A DNA stretch of 63,921 bases, filler included, from Perkinsus olseni (GCA_013115125.1; 4 parts of 4 records of this genome joined end to end with filler, not necessarily neighbours in it); one strand, 5' to 3'. Positions 37,171 through 50,176 are shown, counted from the first letter of the whole stretch. Translations and numbers: made by a program. Notes: generated by a model not told the origin, from the sequence alone.

Positions 37171-38307
37171 CGGGAATGTTTACTGATAAGACGTATTACA
37201 GCGTCATCAGCTCGGAGTATACCAGTGACTTCCAATAAAAGAGGATCACACCCGTCCACTAGCGAGACTAGTCGCAGGGGCTATCGTTATGGCAAGCTCA
37301 CGCGTGGTACGCACTGTCTCCCCTTTCACCGAGAACCTCAGATCAGCTCCTGATTCGAACCAAGCGTACACCATTGACTTGTTAACACTAAGCATTGAGG
37401 GTATCAGATCAATCTCCAGAAGAAGCCACCGTGTAGTTATAATAACGGGAATGATACTGCCCACCCGAGTAGCCAGAATGGCCGTCTGCAACAGCGCCGA
37501 CAATATATGAGGCGACACATCACAACACACTTGGACTCATCAGCACTGCCAACAGCAGCATCAACTAGAGCGAGCAGAACATTGCCGGCGAATCGTCGTA
37601 ATATCACCGCCGTCAATGCTGTTGCTTTCGCCTTACATAATGATGACGGCAAATGACGAAGCAAAAGCAACTGATGTTAGTGGGCAGAGACATGAGTCAC
37701 CCGAGAGAGAAAACAAAACCGCCTTAAATGACTTTCTCTCGTATCTCTTCTCGATGAGCTCATGAGTGTATGAAATTAGCAGTATCAGCAGCGACGAGAA
37801 CGGCGGTAAGGATAGTAGTAGTAGCAGTAGTAGTTCCGACGTAGTGATAGTTATTACAACGGGAATGGGGTACTTGGTACGGCATCATAATCAACTACAA
37901 CCAAATTCTGATGGGACGCCATAGACTGGACAAACTTGAGAGAAAACGTAGGTGAATGGTTGAAACTGTGGTCAGAAATGGTGGTCTTCTCCTGATCGCT
38001 AATACCGTGAGTGACTTCTCCCGGGTCCATACTGAAAATAGTGGATAACGACCGACCCTCGCCCGAGGGCGAGCACCTTGATGACGGTGACCATCGCTAT
38101 GATGGGAATATAGCGAAAGAGTGCTGCTTCTGGGTCACCTTTTATCGGACTGACGACGAATATTGTTGATGTTGTTATTAGGAGTTGAGGTTGATGATGC
38201 TAATCAATGGTAACACATACAAAGAAGGGAAGCCCTTGTCATGCAGGAAAAAACATCAGCAGTGGCAGCAGCAGCAGCAGCAACAGCACGTGCACGTAGT
38301 TATACCA

Positions 38308-41300
38308 TCAAAACATTTCGGCCGACAGAGCAGATAGAAGAGCGATCGAGTTGCTTCTGGTAAGGCCTGCCCGAGACACTGAACAATGGCAGCAGCGACA
38401 GCAGAACAGGGTTAGGCAGCACCAGCACCACTGCAATGAGCAGTGCCCATCAAGACCAGGTCGTTGGCTGTGGTCGAGTATAGAAGCTATCCTGGTCGAG
38501 ACAAGAAGGAGGGAGAAGAGAATCATCGCCCACTGATGGGGCTCTAAACGAATCAGCAGTCTCCAAGGGTGGACGCTCGGCGCCTGCCTGCACATCAGTG
38601 TAGTATAGGCTTGGCACATCTCTATGACACGGAGATTCGAAGATATCGTGAGCAAGAGAGATGAGATCCGCGTCATCATCATCATCATCATCGTCTTCGT
38701 TGTTGTTGTTGTTATCCGGCCGCACAGGTGGATCACGACCGAGAGCTCTGTTAGAGTTTTCCGGGGTCAAAGCGGCATTGTAGCCTAAGGATCTGTATCC
38801 AGGAGGGGACATCTCATCAGACGCGACTTGCAAGTATCTGAGTAACGGGCGACGTTGCAGCAGGCAGCCGATCATCCTGCAGTGGAGACATACCCAGTAG
38901 GGACCCAGCCCTGCTCGCCCGTGGCAACACGCTTCACCAAGGACCACTGACCATCGTCGGTTACAGAATTGTATCTGATGCGCACGGTGTGATGCAGAAG
39001 AATAGCGACCGGAAGAACTACAGCAGAGCCTCCCCTTCAGACATTTCCAGCATTTTGTCAGCAGAGGATCCATAGGGAACGAAAGCGCATATTGCTTCGC
39101 AATAAGCAGAGTCCAACCTGAAGATACCAATTGGTAGGGCGCAGGTTCGAACCCTGCACACGTCGTCGAGACCGGTCAACGACAGCAGCAGCAGCAGCAG
39201 CTGCTGCTGCAGTATGAAACAGGAGTTCGACCAAAGAACTTCATCCTCCCAAGCGACGCACTCTTCCGCATCCGTGTTATCTGAATCTTCTCCCAGGCAA
39301 TTGCCAGCGGCAGAAGGGAAGAAATTGTCCGGAGAGATCGAGGCGATCATCTCCGAACAATTGGAGCTAGTCGCGGAGTAGGTGTCAACCTGCTGCGGGG
39401 CCCAGATGTTTCCCGGGGCCCCCGGTATCTGTCAAGCGCAAGGTTTGCCCTCCGTGAAGCCCGATGAGGGTCACCGTTGCAGTAGTGGAAGGGCTGGCAG
39501 CAGCCGAACGATCTCCATAACTATCGATACCCCGGGCAGGCGGCGAGAGGATCAGGACTTGCTCGTTGAAGCCTGTCTTAGCCATCGAAGTTCCAGCACC
39601 AGCAGCGTGAGTTGTTGTTGTCGTTGTCTGAAGTGACCTGTAGGCGGACAAGTCACGCAAGGGGACTGGTACCGGAGGAGACTTCAGGTGGCCAATAGGA
39701 CGGCCGGTAGGGGAAATGTCGTCCCAAATAGGTGCGATATCGACTTGTGCGCCCGATACCGGAACTGAGGTAGGACCTCTACGGCAAGCATATCCAGCGG
39801 CACGTGGATGAGGGTCAGGTCCTTACCTGTCTCTTGAGGATCATCCAGAACGTCGTAGAAGTGCGGGGCCTGCGCACGCTGAGGAGTGGTGTCTTCCTCA
39901 GCGTCCTCCTCGTCCTTGCAGGTGAAGCTTGGCAGAGTCTTCAGGAGACATTCCCAATGGTGACAAACCACCATATGCTCCGGGAAGTCCCGAACGCTGC
40001 CGATCCATGTGCATGGCATAGCGGTGACATCATCGGTTCTGAGGACGGCGAGCTCCTCGACCATTGCACCCAATAACATTCTCTCGCTACTTGTTGCATC
40101 CTATTTGTATCTTAGAGTAGACCCTGCGCAAAGCAGCAATAGGGCCTTCAACAGACTCATCAAGAGGGAAAACCTGAGGGTAACGGCACGGTTAGGGAGA
40201 AAGGAAGAATTGTGTAGTGCATGGGCGCCTGAGATGGTGGAGGACCAGACGCTTAACTCAACGACAAGAGTTCGACTCATCGCCTCCTACATCCCTCCCG
40301 ATTCGATAGCGACAAAGAACAGCCCTGGAGATGTTAGAAGGAGCCCCTCAAGTTTGCCCACGTCGATTCCTTTCCTAAGCGGACAGCCACAAGAAGGACA
40401 TGGAAGAGTCTTGAGCTTGGGTTCTTGCTCTACATTAGCACGACGCCAGCCTTCGAAGCACCTGCTCAGCACCACCACCTACAGGCGCCACGCCATGTAA
40501 CGCTCAATGGCCCCACCTAGCGCAGGTCACATGAGTGCACGCTGAGGCTATTGTAGGGTCGGGCGTAGGAGAGGCAAGAGCTCCACAGATCGAGCAAAGG
40601 TATCTATGCGCACAGCGAAGATTGTTATGATGACTTTTTCATCACTGTTGCTCGGTCTTACTGTTCGATGCAGGGATCGTCGGACTTGTCCACAAGTTGA
40701 CCTCGAGATATCTCAAGATGCTTCCCGGTACTCGCTGGGAGCTCCCGCGCAATCTGCCATTCGAGCGTCTCTGATGAAGGGCGTGGAGATGGTGACGGTG
40801 GCAACACCTCAAGCGCCCTCGCACGCAGGGCAGGGAGATCTATCGGCTTGGGCTTGGGAGACCCCAACTTGATACCAGATAATATGCTCTCTTTGCTGTA
40901 CCGGCGTCCTCCTCCAGAGGAGATGTAGGGACCCTGGCCACCGATGCCGCCGTGCAGGCGGGCAGTACTACTACTACTACCTCAGAAGACCTAGAACCTC
41001 TCCTCTTCAACCAGCTAGTGGAGTCACCACTGCCGTGCCTGCTAGAATGCACCATGCAAGGGACATGCTGGGCATTCACCCCTACCTCGGATGACCGGGA
41101 GACTTGCTGTTGAATTGGCGCCCGGGAGGGACACCCTGAGGCACGTACTTTCGGAGTTCTTCTTCGCTGTGAGCATATCTGAAGGTACACCCGATGTAAG
41201 ATACGCGTATCTTTCGAGTTCTCCTTACTTGCATCGAGCACCATTTTTACATCCACATTTGCCGTAAACCTGTTCGTAGCATATAGCTGTCTTAGTGAGG

Positions 41301-41400
41301 TTGGGCAGCGATCGCAACTCTGACTCGGCGTGAGCGAAACTGATATCATAATCCTCCAGCGGGACATCGATACGACCAGCTGTGCGTAAAGTGTCCACAC
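38308..41400 (-). CDS. RING-finger protein (putative E3 ligase) with a TRAF-like zinc segment
   Basis: The spliced RING reads YLCSICG...SACTHVTCAR|CFEGW...LPCPSCGCPL (about 40605-40380), followed by PCTWIGSVRDFPEHMVVC. Ends are approximate. Confidence 0.65.
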
Positions 41401-41971
41401 CGAGTATAGACTCAGATACTAGCTGATCTATGCTACATCACTGAGCTTGACGTTAATGCACCTCTGGCTTACAGTACGATAATAGTGACCGATAAAGTTA
41501 GGTTTCATGCGTGGCATCGAACATGTACATTGGTTAGCGTGAAGATCCTATACTTATGCATATTATTATGACCTCCAATATATCTTTTAATATTATAATA
41601 TGATCATTATTGGCAGGTTTACATTATATGATGTCATTATAATAGATATAGTTAGTATGAACATTATAACCATTGTTATGGTATAGTATTATAGGGATAT
41701 CCTTAGGTTTATATATATCCAGTGTTACCATCATCACAGAGAACGGATGAGGATTCATAATAATTGCATTAGGAGCAACAGTATGAACAAGCGAGGGGCC
41801 CCTCGGAGGGGGTTATGGCCCCGTGGACACCACCACCACTATCAGCAGTACTACCTGCAGCGATCTCCTTGAGGACAGGTCCAAACCCCATTGGCGTTCA
41901 TTATCAGCTTCGGACACATCTTAGTCTTCAAGAACGCATTAGCCTGACACAAAGTTACATTTTTTTCGCGA

Positions 41972-42060
41972 AAACGGTCAATCCTGGGATCGAACCAGGG
42001 ACCTTCCACTACTACCTTTACAGCGGTAGCCATACTCTCCGTCCGGTAGACTAGCAACGT
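41972..42060 (-). pseudogene. Degenerate tRNA-like element (tRNA pseudogene or SINE head; GTA in an anticodon-like loop)
   Basis: The minus strand has a CTACC-gCTGTAAA-GGTAG hairpin, a perfect T-arm CCTGG-TTCGATC-CCAGG and a following TTTT. The acceptor and D arms are poor. Confidence 0.4.
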
Positions 42061-42524
42061 GCCGTCTGGAGCCGACTTAGTACCCGCGTTGATCAGGGGC
42101 GAGCAGGAGGTCTGCGAACAACGCTAGCGAGTAATGATGGAAATGAGCATAACTCACTCTTCTTATCGCGAGCTCCAACTTGGACTTCACTGAGTCCTCT
42201 GACTCGCGACGGGGTCGTCTATCTTCGGGAAGCCTGGGGATAGCTGACGGGCTGCCTGCGTCCGCAGTGGTGGAGGCAGACAGAGTTCGCTCTGACTTAA
42301 TCACTAAACTTTGAGGCTGCTGATGTTGATGGGTCGCCTTCGTCTCTGCATTCTCTATCTTATGAGTATGTTCGGGATGGAAACTCGTCACCATGATAGG
42401 GTGATGGTGGAGCACCGAAGGGTCTCAGAATTACTATATATCAAAACTACTACTTACAAACACCGTCACCAACCCTGTTTCGAGCACTGAAACTCGACCC
42501 CCCAACTTCGAGTAGACACAACGA

Positions 42525-44912
42525 TTATGCATCACATTCATGGGAGCTGCTGGTGAAATCTTTATCGGCCCCACTGCTGTCCTTAGACAAGGCCACGAGG
42601 TCCGCGATCGCGGAGAAAGCCGTATCCAAAGACCCCGGTTCGATCCCCGGGGCCGTCACATCGTGAATAATATCGTTGTTCCGTAATACCATCTCCAACC
42701 ACGCACAGTAGTCCCTAGCCGTTGCATGTTTCTGCTGCATGACATTACCGAGTACCCTCATTCTGAAGGCAGCTAGCCTGACGAGGCATTCCACCATCGC
42801 CGTTGGGCCGAACACGACCCTAGGATTCCACCCCTCATTCGCTGTCCTGAAATTTGGCACCTTCGGACCACCGAGACGCATCTTATGATGGCAAAAACGC
42901 CTCAGAGATACGTCCAAAGCGACTAATCTGATAGTCGCGGAGCCAATGTTGAACTCGGGATCGATCATGGTGAAGGCCTTGGCAAGAGTCGCAGGTTCGA
43001 TCCCTGGTAGGCCCACTATATCACAGTACGTACCACAAACGAATAGGAACATTCCGACCTTCACAGTGGCAGCGTCATCACTGAAGGGAACGAAAATTTC
43101 GTCCACAGTACAGTCGTGTGCCCGAACGAAATTTTCCAAGCCCGACAGAATTTTCAAGGCCGCATCGATCGGCGGGGACTCCGTGGTGTCGCCACCACTA
43201 AGACAATCATTCAACCATTTATAGGGATCTCCTGCCCGCTTCTTCCCTCGCTTCTTACCGCTGCCACTCCTTTTCAAACTCGCAGGGAAGGACCACGAAG
43301 TATCTTGCTCGTCTTGCAATTCCTCAACGCATTTCGCATGCCTCCACAGCAGAGAGACCACAAATTCCGGTAATTCCCTCGGATACAGAGCCATGGAAGC
43401 CAAAAGGTTCTTCAACCCGCGCAGTGTCATATGCCGTCCCCCGTTCCGAGCAGGCCAATCGGCGAACCTTGCGAAGACCCCCACAAGTTCCGCCCTCAGC
43501 GAACCAGCCCAGTCCTTCACGGCGGGATGTAGACAAGAGTAAACGCCATGCAGCAGAGCTATCTGCAATGACCTCTCCACTGTAGTGCGGAAGTCAGGGC
43601 ACGTCAGTTTTGATCTCGACACGGCACGCCACTTCTCGACCTCCTCTACCCAATCAGCATGAGATATCGTCGGCCAACCAGGACCCTCAGGGAGTGGCTG
43701 AACGAGAGAGCTCTCGGCCAGAGAATCATCATCTTCACGAGGCGAAAGGACTCCTTCGAGTATTTCTGCCGCCTCCATAGATCGTCGAATTTCCCGAGCT
43801 ATCAATCCCGCGGCTTTTCCCACCATTCTTGCCACGTCCGGATCACCACCGATAACTCTCGGAATCAGTATCGCGTCCACGATGTAGCTGACCTCAAGTT
43901 CAGCCCCGCTGGCTGCCTCGAAGACACTCGAAGACCCGCCCCGGCATACCAGTGACAATAACCACCAAACGATGAAGTCGGGAACTCGACCTCGCCATGG
44001 GTCGATCGAGAGGGCCTTCAGGATGCCATCAATCGCTCTTACTAGATAACCTCTCCAACTCACGACCACAGCCGATCGTCGTTTGCTTCTGTCCGCTCTA
44101 TTTCGACGAAAATTGCCATCAACTATTCCGGTGTGCTCTTCGCCCCCACGCCGTAAGTACCAAGACGGTAGTTTCCCCGAGGACCCTTCGAAAAGCTGCT
44201 GTTGAATATGCACTTCCAATTGCCCACCGAGTTCTGTCGATTCAGCAAGGCTAGCCACCTCCGACCCCTCGCTCTCGCTTTCTGTGCCTTCACTCTCGGC
44301 GAAGTCAGCAGCCTCTTCATCTTTATCACCTTCCTTGTGAAGAGGCAACTCGCCCTGCTTGAATCGGGATCCTCGACCAGCCTGGGGACTACACTCAGTA
44401 CTCGGCCTCCCGAACCCTCCCGCCGAGACTGCCAAAATCTGATCGCAAGTCTGTGGTCTCTCTTTGAGTGACCCCAATGATGAGCGAAGAACCATCATAG
44501 TGGCAGGACATGTCCCATCCACTCTAGTCTGCGGCCTAGTAGAGTCGAAGCTCCGCGTGCTTCCAGGGCGATTGAAGAGAATGTCGGTCAAAACTTGCTT
44601 TGGATCTGAGAGGTGCAACCCAATCAGCCGCAGCGTCCCAACGGCGGTGGTGGCGAGGTCGGTATTACGTCTTGTCCCAAACTCGCCGATGCTGTGCTCC
44701 CCAGAATGCAGTTCTACCTCCGGGATACGCTTACGGAGATGGGCCTTGGAAAGCCCTCTCACAATGGAAGTATGATACCTAGCAATAAAGCATGAACCCG
44801 GCCAAGAAGACACCCCTTCCCTAGGATTGACGAGCACACGAAGCCGGGAGTCGGGAGAGAACCCAGCCTGATGTAATCGCTCCTCCATCCAAGGCACTAC
44901 AGTTGCCTCCAT
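42525..44912 (-). CDS. Hypothetical protein, 795-aa uninterrupted ORF (probably one large exon of a longer gene)
   Basis: A 2.4-kb open frame with acidic and basic low-complexity patches. No family recognised. Confidence 0.65.
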   Translation of the reverse strand: MEATVVPWMEERLHQAGFSPDSRLRVLVNPREGVSSWPGSCFIARYHTSIVRGLSKAHLRKRIPEVELHSGEHSIGEFGTRRNTDLATTAVGTLRLIGLHLSDPKQVLTDILFNRPGSTRSFDSTRPQTRVDGTCPATMMVLRSSLGSLKERPQTCDQILAVSAGGFGRPSTECSPQAGRGSRFKQGELPLHKEGDKDEEAADFAESEGTESESEGSEVASLAESTELGGQLEVHIQQQLFEGSSGKLPSWYLRRGGEEHTGIVDGNFRRNRADRSKRRSAVVVSWRGYLVRAIDGILKALSIDPWRGRVPDFIVWWLLSLVCRGGSSSVFEAASGAELEVSYIVDAILIPRVIGGDPDVARMVGKAAGLIAREIRRSMEAAEILEGVLSPREDDDSLAESSLVQPLPEGPGWPTISHADWVEEVEKWRAVSRSKLTCPDFRTTVERSLQIALLHGVYSCLHPAVKDWAGSLRAELVGVFARFADWPARNGGRHMTLRGLKNLLASMALYPRELPEFVVSLLWRHAKCVEELQDEQDTSWSFPASLKRSGSGKKRGKKRAGDPYKWLNDCLSGGDTTESPPIDAALKILSGLENFVRAHDCTVDEIFVPFSDDAATVKVGMFLFVCGTYCDIVGLPGIEPATLAKAFTMIDPEFNIGSATIRLVALDVSLRRFCHHKMRLGGPKVPNFRTANEGWNPRVVFGPTAMVECLVRLAAFRMRVLGNVMQQKHATARDYCAWLEMVLRNNDIIHDVTAPGIEPGSLDTAFSAIADLVALSKDSSGADKDFTSSSHECDA

Positions 44913-46517
44913 TGAGCGTCATTGGGCACTGATGATCTCCCAGCGCCATCCGGTAGCCGTAAAACTGAGGACATGATACGATGCTGTGGGTGAGGTAGTC
45001 GAGACGGGCAGAGCTGCTACTTACCGACACCTTTGGTAGAACTTCGGCCAACTTCGCGTGGTACAGAGGTTTCCATGACGAGCCAAAAGGCGATGAGAAA
45101 TAACTGCCCGGAGTTGAGCGGTTCGCCGTGTCACATACTTTACAGTGTTTGCACGACCTCAGACGGGAAGGGTATCTTGAGCTCAACCCGGGGAACCAGA
45201 TCGCTTTCAAGCGCAAGATACTCAATTGGACGAGATAAGTGTATGCCGCGAAAAAAGGTCACTTCGCGGAGGCGACTTGATAAGAATTGAGTTCAGCCAC
45301 ATGTACGACACTGTCGTTCGAAAACACTTATCATTAACAAGCAACCTCCCGTAAGGGAGGAAAATGAACAAATCAGCGGAAACTTTTTACTTATATGAAC
45401 TTGCAATCTTGCTCACTATGCATTTTCCCAACGGACTTCATAATCCTGACTATTGAAGCGAGGTCAGAGATAGCGGCGCTGAGGTAAGAACGATTAGCGC
45501 TACTGAGAGATGGTTTGGCTCACGCTCAGGGTGGGTGTCACGATAGAGTATCGGGAAAATCAGGACGTCCGATAGCTTGACAGTTACCAACCCCATCGTG
45601 TAGATCAATTCTGTTCCATTCCGAGTGTGATTGAGCACAGGCCATGGATCACATGTTCCATCCCTTTGTGTCAGCGGCAAATCAGTAGCGGCGACCGAGG
45701 CCGACCAACACCGAGTGACCAGTTCGACTGGCACGCTCCCTGGCTGGTAGCTCTCAGTACCCACCATTGAGGAACCCGCCTGCACTCGTTGGTCAAATCC
45801 GTATTGCGAGTACTAGAATTCTATGATCGCTGACACACCAAGCATAGCTCGAGGCACGGGGAGGTCACGTGTGTCGACAGAGAACAAGAGTAGACGAGTA
45901 GACGACGCTAAGTGTTACGAGCTGGAGAGCACTGTGCTAAAGAAGAGAGCAGCAATAGTTCTTCATACTAGAGTATGAGCATATTTGGTGCTGTCGGTCG
46001 CAAGCAGCCAAGGGCAGGTGATTTCCTGCTGCGTGTGGTCCTCTATCGGTAGTAACTCAGTAAAAACACGAGAAGCAGCGTTGAAGACCGCCTGAGACCA
46101 CTCTTACTAGCCAACACAGATTAGTCGCCCTTCCGAACGTGAATAGGTTGTTATGAGCTCCAACTCAGTCGTAGACAATAACACTCAATAGAACCGTTTT
46201 CTAGCTTGCCCGGACAGCTACTGTGCAGCGGTGATGTAGCAGTTGCTCCGATATTTTGACCTGATAGAACCGAGGGAAGGGCAGTGTATGCTAGCTTACC
46301 CGACTACGCAACTACTACATGATGGATGCTCGGTGCTTGTGATCCCTTCGGAACACCCCCGTCGTCTGGTATTGTGTGTTGGAGTACGATTACATTCGCT
46401 TTGTGAAAAACGGTGTAGCATGAAACGTGGTATCCGATCCGAGTCTTTCGACGACCGTGCCTGATGAACTTCACCTCAGATTGTTTTTCCTTTGATATTG
46501 TTTGCTTGCCGTCGACG

Positions 46518-47837
46518 ATGGCTGTTCATAACTTCCCCTTGCCGCCGTCTACGGGTGCCTCGGACGACAACAACATAGATGCCCTTATACGAGAAATTTA
46601 CTTACTTCAGCAAGCGGGGTTGGTGACTCAAGAGACGTCTGTCACCGGGTTGGTGAATCTTATCAGTATCTCTAACCCAGCCTTGGTACCTCCGTTACTG
46701 AGGGTCATCCGGGACCAGAATACGGCCATCGGTGAGGTGGGCGACGGTGGAAGCAAGAAGAGTTTGGATCACCCTACGACCGCTGTCGATTATTCTGTCG
46801 ATGTTGTTCCTGAGAATATTGGTGGACCCGATCGTGGAGTCGGTCTCTCTCGGGCCGCCAGCCGCAGCGGAAGCTCAGAAGGCGGTGACTCTAATGCTGG
46901 TGGACACGCGAGTGCCGACCAGTCGTCCTGGACCAATGGTATGGAAAGAGTCGAAGTGGATGCCCTCTTGAATAATGATAGCGAGAGGAGGACCACCGTG
47001 ATGATAAAGAAAATACCAAGAAGGTCAGTCGGCTTTGTGTTTCATGGACCCTTCGAGTTCTCAACAGGTTCACCGTCTCGACTTTGCGAGATCTCATAGA
47101 AAAGGAATGCCCTGCTTTGCAAAATGGTGGGTATGACTTGTTGTACTTGCCCGTAGACACTGCTAAAGTAAGCCCCTTCCCATACGTCGTGCTTGTCGTA
47201 ATGTGATGCCTCTCAGGTTGCCAATCGCGGGTATGCTTTTATCAACTTTACCACCCCACGGTACCTTCTCGTTTTCACACTTGTTTTTCAAGGCTATGAG
47301 TGGTTCCCGCTGAGGAAGCGTCGTACAGAGGGTCTCAATAACACCAAAGCTTGTGAAATCTACTTCGCTCATATTCAGGGCAAGGAAGCCACGATTCGCT
47401 CGGTAGATCCTACTGGTTCCAAGCGGTCTAACTCTCCCAACTATGAGAGTATCGGCGACGATAAGGTGTGGATCCTTGGTTTCACCGATTCCCGAAAGAA
47501 GCGGGTCACCACTACCACAGCTACTAACACTACTACTACTACTTATCATTCATCTTCTTCTTATCCTACTCCGAGGCCACTCCGTCGCAACGGGGTCTTC
47601 AAGCCACATTATGCGCGTTGCTTGTCTAACGCGTCAACGTCTTCTAACACTACGCCCAGAGGAGATTCTCTTTCATCATCATCACTGCCGTTGCTGACTC
47701 GTGCTATCTCTTGTTCTTGCTCAAATCCGCGCCAGTCTCCGATGGTGACTAGTGTTTCAGGATGCAATCGTCGTCCTCATCATGAAAATAATAATCATAC
47801 TGCTGAATCCAGCAATAGTAGAGCCAGGGATTTTTGA
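46518..47837 (+). CDS. Mei2-like RNA-binding protein (RRM3/RRM_2 domain)
   Basis: RRTTVMIKKIPRR|FTVSTL...GGYDLLYLPVDTAK|VANRGYAFINF...KACEIYFAHIQGKE matches the Mei2 RRM3 signature. Two GT-AG introns. Confidence 0.9.
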
Positions 47838-47956
47838 ATGTGTTTTTCGCCCAGTTATAGAGTGTTGCTTCAGTCTCGACTGAAAATACAGGGTGTTCCA
47901 ATTCGATATGCAAATCACAAAAATCAGTCTAATTCAGCACATACTACGTGTTTGAG

Positions 47957-48056
47957 NNNNNNNNNNNNNNNNNNNNNNNNNNNNNNNNNNNNNNNNNNNN
48001 TTAATTAATTAANNNNNNNNNNNNNNNNNNNNNNNNNNNNNNNNNNNNNNNNNNNN
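47957..48056. other. Artificial contig linker
   Basis: TTAATTAATTAA at 48001-48012 within Ns. Confidence 0.98.
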
Positions 48057-48357
48057 GGTATAGATATCCTCGACCCCCATATAGGCAACGGCAACCTTAT
48101 CCGCCAAATAGACTTCTGAATGGTATAGTACGGAGTACCGGTACGAGTACGGCTCCGTACTAACCGTACTACCCGTCGCAGCGGTTCCCAAGCACCGTAC
48201 TAGTACGCCGTACTCGAAGTACGGCGTAATTTAACACACGTATGCGTTGTTTAATATATTTAATACGGACTAGTTCTCCGTACCGGTACTAGGTTGACAG
48301 TTTGAAACGTACTCCGTACCGTTCTTTCCTCAACCCCATTACGGTTGCCCAGCTCTA
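48057..48357. mobile_element. hAT-like transposon terminus
   Basis: Dense CCGTAC/GTACGG subterminal repeats, ending ...ACGGTTGCCCAGCTCTA (reverse complement TAGAGCTGGGCAACCGT), which is very similar to the TIR ending at 1096. Confidence 0.75.
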
Positions 48358-48445
48358 GCGCATGATAAAAGATGCCATCGGGGTGAGGATGGGGTGCGGA
48401 TACTATCAGGTTGCGCTGAAGAAAGCAGGCATTGAGAAGTTTGGT

Positions 48446-48531
48446 GACTCTTTCACGGCAACAAGAAGGGTTTTACGTAGTGCTCACACTGTGTTCAAAT
48501 GAGGTCCCGAGTTCGATTCCCAGCGGAGTCA
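48446..48531 (+). pseudogene. Degenerate tRNA-derived element
   Basis: The acceptor-like GACTCT pairs with GGAGTC-A, the B box reads GGTCCCGAGTTCGATTCCC, and a T7 Pol III-type terminator follows directly. The D and anticodon arms are degenerate. Confidence 0.5.
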
Positions 48532-50176
48532 TTTTTTTATGATTCATTTCACTTTCATTGTGGTGTGTTGGGTTGTTGACAGAATTGTGATGGTACTAGT
48601 TATTCGCTTTTCGCTCGGCGGCCTGGCTTCGATCGTGAAAAAGGGAAGGGGTTCACTTTAGGGGTACAGAATTTCGCAGAGAACATCACACATGCACGAT
48701 GACGAGGGCCAACTTCGAACGCAGGAGGTCGAGCGTGCGTATTACGACATGAAAGATACCATGTGAATAGCCAGCACTTTCCGAAGATATCTCTGTAGGG
48801 TCAGCGGATCATTTATTCACCCCATGACCGAGTCTTCGTTCGAGCCGGTAAAAAAAGGCGGAGCGAAACAGACGGAGGGGGAGGTCGAAGCTCGACATTG
48901 GTAGCAGCAAAAGATTACTCGTCGTTTCGTTGGTACGAATCTCAGTGCATCATTTTTGTGACTCGCTGTGTGCGAGTTCGCGAGCCTACCCGCCATATAT
49001 ACTACCAAGAAGTCAGGCTTCGAGGGTTGATTTCATGTATCTCTGCAATCGTGCTTCGAGTGTGATATTATAAATCTTGCAATCTTGCATTTCTTCAATG
49101 ATCAGGTATCTCGCTTGCCAGTTCTGTCAGATGCCAGTTGTTGGGAGAGATCAGATTATTCGAGAAAAGTGAGAAGTCGTCCATTAGTGATTGACTCGAG
49201 CTGCGGAATTTGAAGTTCGTGTGAACGCAACTGTATCGCAGTTCAATTATATCTCATGCGTGAAACGGTTGATCGATTCATCGTATAACTGTGGAAAACG
49301 GTTAGTCGACGTGGCGTATATATGTATGAAACGGTTGATCGATTCGTCAGGTACGAGAGTATTTACAAAGAAGTTGTCTACTCGTACGAGCTTGACGTAC
49401 TAGAAGATCCCGCCTGGTGTTACAGGTGAGGAGAATCATATTTGATGAAATCACATTCGAACCGTTTCACTGTGAAACGGCTGATGCATTCGCCTGTCTT
49501 CCGTTGTGTGGCGTTTCCGGCAAAGCTCTCGGACTCGTGGTCTCTCTCGCAGCGCCACGAATCCTCACGAGTATCGATTCGACGTCTGCCGAGCGAATCC
49601 AGCCGAACTCTCACACGGTGGCATCAGAGTAACCAACCCTCCTCAGGAAGAGTTCAGGTAGATACTTGTCCAGCTAATTTCGGAACATCTTCTCTCCGTC
49701 AGTTGGTTCCCACCATATTTGTGGATGATGGCACTTTGTAACACTTGCGGAGTGGTAATACGCGTGAGAGTTTCAAACCCTGTTCGGGGATAATTCCTGG
49801 ACGATTTCACGCTTCGCTTCTAATGCATCAAAAGAGGAATGACATTCGGTCTGTACGGTCGAGCGAGGCTCCCTGGTCGCGGCGTTCTTTCATACAATTG
49901 CTCATGAGAACATCATTATAGAGTGATGGTATCCACGTCTCCGATCAGCATCTCGGTTGGGCCTTCTGCACCGCCGACGAAGCCGAGAATAGAGGAGGAT
50001 CTTCTCAGGCGAGCTCGCTTTTCTTCTTCTTCCGTGCAATTGTCCTGCCTGCCGTTTCAATTCGTCTCTCGAGCAAGACGTTGTAAGATTCTGTTGCGTA
50101 CTTCAGGGGGACACTCGTCCAGAAACCCGGGAAGAGGATATCCGCGAAGTGGTGGAGGACCAGGCGGGTAAGAATA

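Noticed and set aside
41550-41770. Very AT-rich patch (also 54380-54560) as an organellar insertion
   Set aside because: No recognisable cox/cob or rRNA similarity, consistent with ordinary intergenic or intronic low-complexity DNA.
15941-48056. Repeated TTAATTAATTAA motif at ~16-kb spacing
   Set aside because: It is an artificial six-frame-stop linker between size-sorted contigs, so adjacency across it is meaningless.
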